Of a DNA stretch of 64,000 nucleotides, positions 1 through 9,600 are shown piece by piece. Location: NCBI GenBank assembly GCA_015232565.1, contig JADFZK010000003.1:540-64539 (forward strand), read 5' to 3'. The notes below the pieces were generated by a model. The model was not told the origin of the DNA, did not search any database, and saw only the letters and a program-made list of their open reading frames with translations. This DNA comes from Candidatus Omnitrophota bacterium. GTDB lineage: Bacteria > Omnitrophota > Gorgyraeia > Zapsychrales > Fredricksoniimonadaceae. The position numbers were made by a program, and so were the translations under genes. Each line of letters starts with the position of its first letter. Positions within the stretch are counted from its first letter, which is position 1.

Positions 1-208
1 ATTAAAATGTTAAATTATAAAAGATACCGCCTCGAGGACTTGACAGCACAAAGATTCGAAGAATTTTCATTGGTGTGCACTTACTGAACGGAAGATGTTT
101 CTGATGACGCAGATAATCTCCTGACTTGATCCGCTCCCTGGAATCCTTCGATCTCGCCGACCATTGAATTGAACTGCAAGTATAATTTTCTGGCTTTTTA
201 GCCTGCAT

Positions 209-231
209 AATGTATACTTGATGTAGACATT
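209..231 (+). promoter_or_regulatory. Imperfect inverted repeat (AATGTATAC-N5-GTAGACATT), probable TA autoregulatory operator
   Basis: 8/9 bp inverted repeat just upstream of the RBS (GGAGG) and ATG of the antitoxin at 248. Confidence 0.5.
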
Positions 232-247
232 TAGATGGAGGGCAGTT

Positions 248-487
248 ATGCAAACCAGTGTTGTGGATCTTCGTTATCGAATGAAGGATGTACTAAAGGC
301 CTTAACGCGCCGGGAAAGGGTGCAGATCCTTTATCATGGGCGGATCAAGGGCGAGATTATTCCGGCAGGCGAGCCGGCGGCAGTCCCGGTTACGGCCCAT
401 CCCTTCTGCGGGATGTATTGCGATGACGTTCGACCGGTCAACGCGGTAATGGCCGAACTGCGAAAAGGGCGCTATCGTGCTCTTTGA
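248..487 (+). CDS. Antitoxin, Phd/YefM-like (VapB partner)
   Basis: 79 aa, MQTSVVDLRYRMKDVLKAL...VQILYHG; GGAGG RBS; overlaps the start of the PIN gene. Confidence 0.8.
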   Translation: MQTSVVDLRYRMKDVLKALTRRERVQILYHGRIKGEIIPAGEPAAVPVTAHPFCGMYCDDVRPVNAVMAELRKGRYRAL

Positions 488-905
488 TACCGATGTCCTT
501 ATCTGGATTCAGCGCGGGAACCTCAAGGCGTCTCACGCGGTGGAACAGGCCGATGAACGCGTTATTTCTGCCCAGACATATATGGAATTACTGCAGGGAG
601 CGTCCAACAAACAGCAGCAACATTACATCAAATCATTTTTGACTGATTACAGCTTCAGCATTATGGCGTTCACGGAGAATATCGGCCATCGGGCGATGAT
701 CTATATCGAGCAGTTCTCCCTGTCTCACGGAATGACCTCTGGCGACGCCATCATTGCGGCCACAGCGGCTGAGAACGATCTCGTCCTTCTCTCCGGTAAC
801 AGTAAGCATTTCAACCAATTGTCAGACATAAAGTTTAAAGTCTTCCGCCCTTCGTATCGGCGGTGGCGAGTTCGGCGAAATGCAAACACAATACAGAATG
901 ATTAA
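477..905 (+). CDS. vapC: VapC-family PIN-domain toxin
   Basis: LFDTDVLIW, ISAQTYMELLQG, GDAIIAATA, LLSGNSKHF PIN motifs; C-terminal tail after FKVFRP looks like read-through into a decayed repeat. Confidence 0.9.
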   Translation: MLFDTDVLIWIQRGNLKASHAVEQADERVISAQTYMELLQGASNKQQQHYIKSFLTDYSFSIMAFTENIGHRAMIYIEQFSLSHGMTSGDAIIAATAAENDLVLLSGNSKHFNQLSDIKFKVFRPSYRRWRVRRNANTIQND

Positions 906-977
906 TGCGGCTCTATCGCAGCTATGTCTGGAATTCTCTATGCGGGAAAAGATAATCAATGATATAATTCATTCAAC

Positions 978-1353
978 ATGAAAAAGATCTACATTGAAAC
1001 AACAATTCCCAGTTTCTATTTTGAAACACGTTCCGATCCGGAAATGATCGCCATGCGGCGCTGGACAAGATACTGGTGGGATAATTATAGTCACCAATAT
1101 GAAATGGTAACAAGCGAAGCCGTATTTGAAGAGTTAAATCAAGGCGAGTTTTCCTTCAAAAAAGATGCCCAGGAACCCCAAAGGCGACGCCTTACATCTG
1201 GCACTGGCAACTCATCATAAATGCGATTTCTTATTAACATGGAATTGCAATCATTTGGCAAACCCCAATAAATTCATTCACCTAAACGCCGTCAATGCAC
1301 TTTTAGGCTATTTAACACCACAATTAACAACACCATTTGCGATGTCAGGATAA
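978..1353 (+). pseudogene. PIN-domain toxin broken by an internal deletion/frameshift near 1160-1170
   Basis: N-terminal KIYIETTIPSFY...TSEAVFEEL in one frame; C-terminal GDALHLALATHHKCDFLLTWNCNHLAN in another; the central part usual for this family appears absent. Confidence 0.8.
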
Positions 1354-1357
1354 GGCC

Positions 1358-1519
1358 ATGAAAAATAATGCCACTATCTCAGCGATCAGAACAACAAGAA
1401 ATAATATTTCAGCGAAGTTTGAACACAATACAGAAAAATTAGTGCGGCACTACATGAAACTACAAGAGAAACAAGGGCATAAAATCCTTAAAGCTTCTGC
1501 CAGTTTCGCACACAACTAA
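1358..1519 (+). CDS. Small helical protein, putative antitoxin downstream of PIN gene
   Basis: 53 aa, TISAIRTTRNNISAKFEHNTEKLVRHYMKLQE; starts 4 nt after the PIN stop; family assignment by resemblance only. Confidence 0.6.
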   Translation: MKNNATISAIRTTRNNISAKFEHNTEKLVRHYMKLQEKQGHKILKASASFAHN

Positions 1520-1665
1520 ACCTTTTACGGAACCTGCGCGCCCTCCTGACAGCCTGCCGTTTTGACCTATTTACTATGGCTTCCGTCGCACAATGGGGGC
1601 GTCCTGGTCTGTTTGCATACACAGAAATATACAGTCCTGGTTTCCTTGACTCGGCCACTGCGTTC

Positions 1666-2313
1666 CTACTTGATGGCCGTTTTGGACGACATTGAAACTC
1701 CGAGATCCTGGAACTCCACCGACAGCTTGCTAATGGCGTCTTTCAGCGGAACAGCGTGGCTGGTGGCCCGCGCCGCGACATCCTTGATAGCCGACAGGCC
1801 TCCGCTGGTAAGATCGACGGATAGAAACTTTTGCACGTCCCGCAGATCAGACATATACGGAATGAAAGCGGCCTTGGCTGCATCGTAACGTTGAGTGATA
1901 CGGTCAAACTGCGCGGCGACTTCGTTCTTTCGGGCTTCACTGCGATGCCGGATGTCCTCATTTTTGATCATAGCCATTTCTTTGTCCCAGTCCTTGAAAT
2001 ATGCCGCACCCTGCAGTTTCATTTGCTCATCTTTAACGGTAACATCCCTGGCCGTCAGGCCCAGCTCGTTAACGGCACTATTGAAAGCCTTAAACTGCTT
2101 GCGCAGGTCGAGGTTGGGATTCAAGACCAGATCGTTCAAAGTGGAAAGCGTTTCATCGATAAGAACATTACCTCTGGCGGTGATCTCGGCAGACCGGTTT
2201 AACGCCGTAGCAGTGCTGGCGGCTTTCTCATACCCGGTAGTGGCACAGCCAACGACAGACCCAACGGCCACAACGCTTACAAATAACCCGATAATCAGTC
2301 TTTTAGTTTTCAT
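1666..2313 (-). CDS. DUF2959-like lipoprotein
   Basis: AAGGGA RBS before ATG at 2313; signal peptide MKTKRLIIGLFVSVVAVGSVVG-C with lipobox; helical body with AYFKDWDKEMAMIKNEDIR. Confidence 0.8.
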   Translation of the reverse strand: MKTKRLIIGLFVSVVAVGSVVGCATTGYEKAASTATALNRSAEITARGNVLIDETLSTLNDLVLNPNLDLRKQFKAFNSAVNELGLTARDVTVKDEQMKLQGAAYFKDWDKEMAMIKNEDIRHRSEARKNEVAAQFDRITQRYDAAKAAFIPYMSDLRDVQKFLSVDLTSGGLSAIKDVAARATSHAVPLKDAISKLSVEFQDLGVSMSSKTAIK

Positions 2314-2460
2314 AGGTTCCCTTTTGTTAAGTTTAACCAAAGATCAAGCCGTCCCTCGACCAGCTTTACTGATTGATCCTAAGAGATTATCCAGGAGGAA
2401 TCAATTGTACTCAGGTGTAATAGCTAAAAGCTCGCGGGTACTTATCTTCAACAAAAAGTG

Positions 2461-2600
2461 CGCCCTTCATTCCGGAAACGTTAAGTATTTAAAACAATTG
2501 TCCGACATTAAGTTTAAAGTCTACCACCCTGTGTGATGGCTGATGGCGTTTTCGATAAGATACGAACATAATGTGAGCGAATTAGTGCGGCACTACGTGG
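2461..2600 (+). pseudogene. Decayed copy of the vapC 3' end joined to a fragment of the small antitoxin
   Basis: Encodes ALHSGNVKYLKQLSDIKFKVYHP (cf. VLLSGNSKHFNQLSDIKFKVFRP at 782-850), followed by AATTAGTGCGGCACTAC also found at 1437-1453. Confidence 0.7.
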
Positions 2601-2951
2601 ACTCGCCCGGCCTTGAATTTAATGCGTAACGCAAAACGATTGTTTTCGTTAAGGCAGATCACATCTCCGCCACAGGCGCTGATGGATTGAATGATAGCGG
2701 CTATTTGCGCTCCTGTGGCCGATGTTAGTTTCTCGAGCCGCTTGTCAGGCAGAGCGTTTATCACAAGATCACAAACCGCGTTGTCGCCATCCCGGTACGC
2801 TTCAACAAATAACTCCAGTGAAGTGTTTCTTATGCACTCCTGGAACAGTTCGCCCAATATCGCTGAGAACAAGCTTTGCAAATAACTCACGTCTAACAAA
2901 GCCCCGCAATACTCCCGGCGGCACAACGCCGCCCCCCAATGAATACCCACC

Positions 2952-2980
2952 TTGACCTGCGCCTAATAACCTTGTATATT
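2952..2980 (+). promoter_or_regulatory. Sigma-70 promoter TTGACC-N17-TATATT
   Basis: Near copy of the promoter at 6199-6227; upstream of the antitoxin at 3108. Confidence 0.65.
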
Positions 2981-2999
2981 TGAAGTCAGGTGAATACCC

Positions 3000-3090
3000 A
3001 TAACACAACATCTGCAAGCAACATAAGAACAGGGACCACTTTGACCGGCGACGCCCTTGCTCCTTACCAAGCCTCAAAAGGTCCTGCCGG
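3000..3090 (+). pseudogene. Decayed 5' fragment of a DUF104/AF2212-like antitoxin
   Basis: Aligns to 6247-6340 but ATG is ATA and there are in-frame TAA and TGA stops. Confidence 0.7.
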
Positions 3091-3107
3091 CCAGAAAGGA
3101 TCGTGAT

Positions 3108-3284
3108 ATGAAAAAATGCACCAATTCTCCCAGGAAAGAAGCCCTGGCTGCCATTAAAAGAATGCGTGAGCTTGCCCACCGGATCCCTTCCCGCTTCACA
3201 AGAATGACCAAAGAACAGATAATTCTTAAACTGCGCGAATCCCGTGAGAAGTTGTGGGAGGAACACATTGCGCATCATTCTTGA
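3108..3284 (+). CDS. Small basic putative antitoxin (paralog of 31270 and 32077)
   Basis: 58 aa; AAAGGA RBS; MTKEQIILKLRESREKLWEE; overlaps the PIN start. Confidence 0.75.
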   Translation: MKKCTNSPRKEALAAIKRMRELAHRIPSRFTRMTKEQIILKLRESREKLWEEHIAHHS

Positions 3285-3679
3285 TACCAATGAATTCCTG
3301 TTCGCCCTAGGGAAAGAACGCCAAACGGCTTCTGAAAAAAGTCCTGGATATCCTTATCGGGAACGAGAAATATTCTCTTTTCATACCCAGGATCATTTTT
3401 CGCGAAGTCCGCAATAATCTGGCTCCCATCTCTTTCAGGGAGTTCATCAAAATCACCGCCATTGCTCGAGTTGATGAAGATATCGTGATCCCTTTCTCCC
3501 TGGCCCACAAATACACCGCGCTTGGACTCAAGAACGCCGATGCGGGGATTGCCGCATACGCCGAATACATCCAGGCAGATATCCTGGTCAGTGAAAACCG
3601 GCACTTCCTCAGCAGCCAAGCAAACCTGCCCTTCAAAGTTCTTACCGCCGAAAAAACATTAAGACTAATAAACAAATGA
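3268..3679 (+). pseudogene. PIN-domain toxin with a single +1 frameshift (A6 at 3335-3340)
   Basis: GGAGGA RBS, TTG-RIILDTNEFLFA ... DAGIAAYAEYIQADILVSENRHFL; 412 nt against 411 nt for the intact paralog at 31418-31828. Confidence 0.85.
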
Positions 3680-6600
3680 ATCTTTGAATTTGAGCCCGGG
3701 CAGGCTCTAAAGATGAAAGGACTTGCCATGAATATCAAAATTGTTCTGGAAAAAGGTGACGACGGATATATCGTTGCGAGCGCCCCTGCACTGACGGGAT
3801 GTTTCAGCCAGGGAAAGACGCAAAAAGAAGCCGTGGCCAACATTAAAGAAGCCATTGAGCTGTATCTGAAGCCCAATTCAAAGACCATCCGCCCCGCACA
3901 CAACACGCACTCCTTGGCAAAGGCTTCGTTTTCTTCATCGGGGCTTTCGGGATAGGCCATGACTCGCGCTTCGTGAATAAGAGTCAGAAGAAGTTCTTGA
4001 CGGAGGGATTGATCGGAAAGCAGTAGCGCATCGAAATACAAAATGTCGTTACGGAACGTTGCCCAGATAAAACTAAAAGGACCGGAACGGATCTCGATCG
4101 TATCACGAATGTGGATCAAGGCCTTCACAACACACGAATCGCGCGATCCCACGCCAGCAACGGCTTCATCACAAACCCGACGGAAATGCTCATCCCGCAC
4201 AAACACCCCTGGCGCACACTTCGCCAGATCCACGCCAATATTCGCCTCACCAGCATCCTGGCCCTTCTTCGCCCGATGCGGGTCGCGCTGACCTGGCGCG
4301 TCAGCCTGGCGTGTAAGAGCTTTTCGTTTTGCGCGTACTTCCCTGGCGAACAAACGCCTCAGTTCATTAGCCGAGGTAATGCCCTGAGCTTGGGCGGCTT
4401 TTAGAACAATGCCGACTTCCTTTACATACCAGGCCTGCCACCAGGCCATGTGGCGGCATTCTTCAAGAGAAGACAGAAAGATCTTCAACTCATCAGTCAT
4501 GGTCGAGCCCGCACGGTATATATTCCCCTCTCGACACGCCCGATACGGCGCGAAGAATGCAAGACCATAATAAGCGAACATAGAACGGGTGTGATTCTCC
4601 AGCAATGTCTGATAAAAAGCCGGATCCGAAAAGTCATCCTCTAACAAATATCCTGTTACCAGCACAAATGGCAAGACGTGGTCGAATTCGTGAACATCCG
4701 GAGTAAAATGAATCGTGTATCGAAAAGTTTCGTACGCGATCTGCTCATGCGCCGCGCGTACGCGCGCAAACGCCTGGAACAGTTCCTGATCACCCGCAAG
4801 CGCCTCCAGCAAACCTTTGAGATCCTCCGGGTTCCAAAGATCTTTTTGACCAACGCTGATCAATCCCGGAAAATGCACACAAGGATAAACAGCCGCCAGC
4901 CTTGATCCAATTCCATTGTCGAAGGGATCCAGCCCCGCCTGATTCCAAATCGCCCATTCCAGCAAAAAGCCCAGCACGGAATAACAATCCTCATTACGAC
5001 CACCTTTTAACACCAGATCATAACCTTTATTGAAAAACGCCCGATGAAACCGAACAACCGACAACGGATCAAAACTGCTGTTCCATCTGATCAACGCCGG
5101 ATCTGCGAGCAAACCGCGGATCTGCTTCTTAAATTTCCGCTTCCAGGCAGAAACCGCTTGCAAGCCTTCCTCGGTGGCCGTCAACGCCGCTACATCAAGA
5201 TAAGCCGGCAAAGCGGAAGACGACGGCGATCTTACAAGCCTGGCCGGGATAGCAGAACTCGCCGGCACAACACTACCGCAGACATCGGATATTTCTTGAG
5301 CAAACGCACGCAAGGCTTGCGCGCGCCATTTCTCTACAATTGCTATTAACTGCTCTGGAGAACTAGTGAAGAAAGCTTCAGACAACTCGCTATGTGCCGC
5401 GGGCAATAATTCATCGGCCTTAAATATCGCAATGAGCTCCTCCAGACGCGCCCGCGACGCGCCTGATTGCGGCACTGCCCGCAAGAACTCCAGGTTACGG
5501 ACATTGATCTCTTTGCCGTACCTGATCTTCAACTGAAAACGTTCAAACGCTCCCAGGAAGATTGCCGGCACATCTTCAGCGGTAATAAGTTCGAGATCGC
5601 TTCTTTGTGAATAAACAGCCATCGCCCAGGCAACGGCATACGCGCCCCGGGCATAGGCAATAAACTCTTCACGCGAGCGGCCATCCATCCCGCCCGACTC
5701 CTCCAGGCCACGCCAGCTGATCAACAGCGTTGCCCACTCCTGATCCAGATGCCCGTTGGCATAAAATGGCCGAACAAAAACCTTGAGCAAAGTATCATTC
5801 GCGTTGCGCGCATGAAAGAACGCATCCGCTGCCGCCAACTTTTCTGCTTCGGACAATTGATCGACCTCATCAAAGACAGCCCGGATGTAATCAGGCGGAT
5901 CAGTAATGAACCAACGCACTACCTCAACAACATCGGGATATTTCCTGGCGAACACCTGGAACCACGCCGATTCCAGCAATGCCTTGCGCGGCGCCAGCCT
6001 GCTACTTTCCGAACCGGGCACCAGCATCATCGGCAATACAAAACATAGAACAACCACCAGCAAGACTGCCGTACCAGGAAAACTCTCCAACAGGCCTGAC
6101 TGGCCCTGGCCCCTTAAGGGGAGCCGGCAACCCATTGTAAGCAGGGCCACAGGTAACAACAAAATTGCCCCTAACAGCCTTTGCAACGAACACCCGCCTT
6201 GACCTGCGCTTAATAACCGTGTATATTTGAAGCGAGGTAGATAATTATGACGCAACTTTTGCAAGCCACATACGAACAGGGACAACTGAAACCGACGACT
6301 CCTTTGCTCCTTGCCGAGCATCAAAAGGTTCTGCTGGCCCTGATCCTTACTAACGACGACACTCCCGGGCTTTTTTTGTCCAAACTGGCTGAAAAATCGG
6401 AAAGTTATAAGTTTCTTGATAACCCCGCAGAGAACATTTACTCGATCTCCGATGGATATGACGTATAACGCTCGCGCTCTGAACTGCCTTACCCGCGGCG
6501 ATATAATTCTGGTTCCCTTCCCTTTTACAGATCTCTCCTCAACAAAAGTGCGTCCTGCAGTTGTTCTTTCTATCAATGAACAAAACGATATTATTATTGC

Positions 6601-9600
6601 TTTTATCTCCTCAGTCACCGAACACATCACTCCTTGTGACCTTCTTTTGAATGCCGACAACAAAGATTTCCCGTTAACCGGATTAAAGAAGTCTTCCGTT
6701 TTTAAAATGAACAAACTTCTGACAATCTCTTCTGCGCTCATCTTAAGGCGCCTGGGATCCGCAAGTCCCGCTCTGCAAAACAAACTTGATACCCTTCTTA
6801 AAAAAGCCCTCAATCTAACCTGAACAAAACGAATGTTCCTGCTGGCAACAACGGGTTCGACTGCCATCGATAACAATACGCAAATACCAAGAACCATACC
6901 CAGCAATATCGCCACGCCAAACGGGCTCCCGGACAAGCAACCCATGGTAAACACGGCAAGCAATATCAGCGTGCAAGACCTGCCTATGTGTCCACCATCA
7001 TTACCACTTACAACACGCATCTTTTTATTTATGAGATAAAACAACCCGGAACAATGCAGTTTTACGGTAGCTACATCCCAGCCGGCATATGCATTGCGCA
7101 GAATTGAGATTATCCATTCTTTATCTTTGTGACTGTTCCATAACAAAGCTAAGGCGTTATCCTTAAGCAATCTTGGCAGATGCCAAGCCAGCCAGGATAA
7201 AACACGGCCTTTCTCGCCATCCCAGAACTGTTGATACCTTACCGGCGCATCCCCTTGTGACGTACACGAACCGATCTTGGGCATATTCCACAAAAAGCGG
7301 TCAAATTGTCGATCAAAAACCAAAGCGCCATCTACACTTGCAATATTGTTGTGCAAGCGGGCTTCAACAGCAATCCCCGCGATACGCGCCATTATCCTCA
7401 CGCTACTCACTTCAAAAGGATTGATCCCGAAAGTCCAGACCGGTCTGCCCGTCTTATGCGCCACCAGCCAGACCTCCAAGCCCAGGCCCGGCCCACCCAC
7501 CAGAACATCCTGGCCGGCACTTAAATTCAAGGCCTCGTCTTGCCATAGATACGGTAAATACACCTTGGCTTCCGGCAAAAGATAATAAACCGTTGGCAAT
7601 ATCGGCAACGTAAGCATAAGGGCATTTGGATCAACACAACAAATCTTCTCTAAAACGGACGACCCTGCGGTCAATTCTGGCGCTTGAAATGTTCTAAACT
7701 CGCAATATCCTGTGTCCCGAGAAATTTTGACAAATAGCCACATCCCCTCACCACTATTAAGCGCCAGCATGCGCCCGTAGAAACCATGTGCGGGCATTAA
7801 CCGGTATTCCTTAAGGACCTTGTTGTCCTGTGCCCATTGACTGCCAAAGGCCAGCCATTGCGCCCTTCTTTCATCTTCCCCGCCAGGAAGCGGCATAAAA
7901 TAATACGCGGCCAGGTCGATATAGCGATAATCAGACACAAATCCGTTAGGTAGATCACGCGCAACGTCAGCGGGAATAACCGGGAAAATAGCGATCATCC
8001 GGCCCTGATAAAATACAAGTTCGAACGTATCGGTCTTGCCCAGTTCCTGCGGAAGGATCGTTAGTCCCAAAGCCCGTCCCGGCTCTGGCGGCAACAATAA
8101 TGACACCGGAAGCTTGATCGTCCAAACGCGCAAACACGCCCCGCCCTCCACGGACAAAGCGCGATCGGCAGTAACATACTCACGCACTTTCGTGAGATCC
8201 GCTAAACCCAACACCTCCAGGATCTCCCGCACCGGTAAAGGCTGTTCTGCCAAACTTATAAGACCAGTTTGCCATTCCGGAACAACAGCAAGAGAATCCG
8301 GCGCCTTCCAGGGCAATGGCGTTACCTGGCCCATCAATAAACGCGACAGCATGAGCAGCCTTTGATAACCAAAAAGCTTGACAAAACAAAAACACTTTGA
8401 TAATTTATCAAATGACTTCGCCCCCCATGAAGCCAGCGCAGACCCAACGTCCAATTGACAACGCTTTGAAAGAATGCTAAATTCCGAATAAACAACGGGA
8501 GCCGCCATGAAATCCAACAGCGCCATCAATGCAGACTTTGTAACCCGGAACTTTGCTCGTTTGGCGCGTAAATATCCGCGCCGTTCGATTGTTGTTTCCA
8601 ACGGCAAGGTCTTTACCGGCAAGAACGCCGTTGCGCAAGCGCGGCTGACCTTCCCAAAGATCACGCCAATGTTACTCACCATTCCTCGCAAAGAACTATT
8701 CACCCACGGCTTTCTATTAAGATCAATCTGATCGGCCAGCGCGATATTTTTGACCGCTTCGATATCACCTTCAGCAAGCAACGCAACTCGCTTTTTATGA
8801 CTCCAGTCTAGGCAAATACAGGAACGAGCTTCTCGCGCGACACAACCGGCGTCCTGCCACACTTCAGCCAATCTTCCTGCAAAATTATAGTAAATAGCCA
8901 GCGAGAGAAGCGCGCAATTACCAACCATCACCCCCAATAAAATAACTGCACCAAACAGGCTGCCCGATAGACAGCCCATGGTAAGCAAGGCCACGGGCAA
9001 AAGAGCAGCGACAGCCAAGCGGGAAATCCCGAGGTAAGAATTTCCCCGAACCAAAGCAACATTCTCGACCGTGCCCAGCACCGCATGGATCACGGCCACC
9101 CCGGCCTTACACAGCTCTTCATGCGTTGGCCTGACAAACGGACGATGAGCCTGCACCAGCGATTCTCCACTGGTGGTGAACAGCGCCCAAAGAGCGTGTT
9201 GCGGCATATTGGGATATTCATAGAAATCCCGCGTTCTTCCCAGGGCTGGATCGTAAAAACCAACAGCTATTTGCCGAGCATGCATAGCCAACACCAAAGA
9301 GAACCAGTCTGGATAATTGTCCAGTCTAAACACATTAGGACCAACTGCCTCGTCCGGCGAATTAAGCCTCCGTTGAGCTAACGCCCGCCCCGGGCACAAT
9401 ACGCACGCCTCGGCGAAGGCTTCGTTTTCTTCATCGGTGCTTTCGGGATAGGCCATGACCCGCGCTTCGTGGATAAGCGTCAGAAGAAGTTCTCGACGGA
9501 GGCTTGGGTCGGAGAGAAGCGCCGCGTCGCAATACAAAATTCCATTTCGGAAAGTTGCCCAGATAACATTAAATGGGCCGGAACGGATCTCGACCGTGTC

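Larger units (their letters stand above)
2802..3335 (-). pseudogene. Out-of-frame C-terminal continuation of the giant ORF
   Basis: Removing one base from the A6 run at 3335-3340 fuses the giant ORF with ORF 2802..3290; its translation is homologous to in-frame giant segments near 31270-31470 and 6185-6335. Confidence 0.75.

Noticed and set aside
2-253. 83 aa minus-strand ORF and a 26-codon plus-strand ORF at 7-87 (YRLEDLTAQRFEEF)
   Set aside because: The first has no recognisable motifs and overlaps a promoter region; the second faintly resembles restriction-endonuclease N-termini but is too short to support.
1895-2536. 213 aa plus-strand ORF
   Set aside because: Antisense shadow of the lipoprotein gene; only its last ~25 codons are a vapC remnant, reported separately.
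6199-6830. TA modules as integron gene cassettes
   Set aside because: No attC-like structures were recognised after the cassettes and there is no integrase in the window; a covariance-model search would be needed to exclude this fully.
8396-8412. FNR box
   Set aside because: TTGAT and ATCAA are separated by 5 nt rather than the canonical 4; treated as a generic operator.
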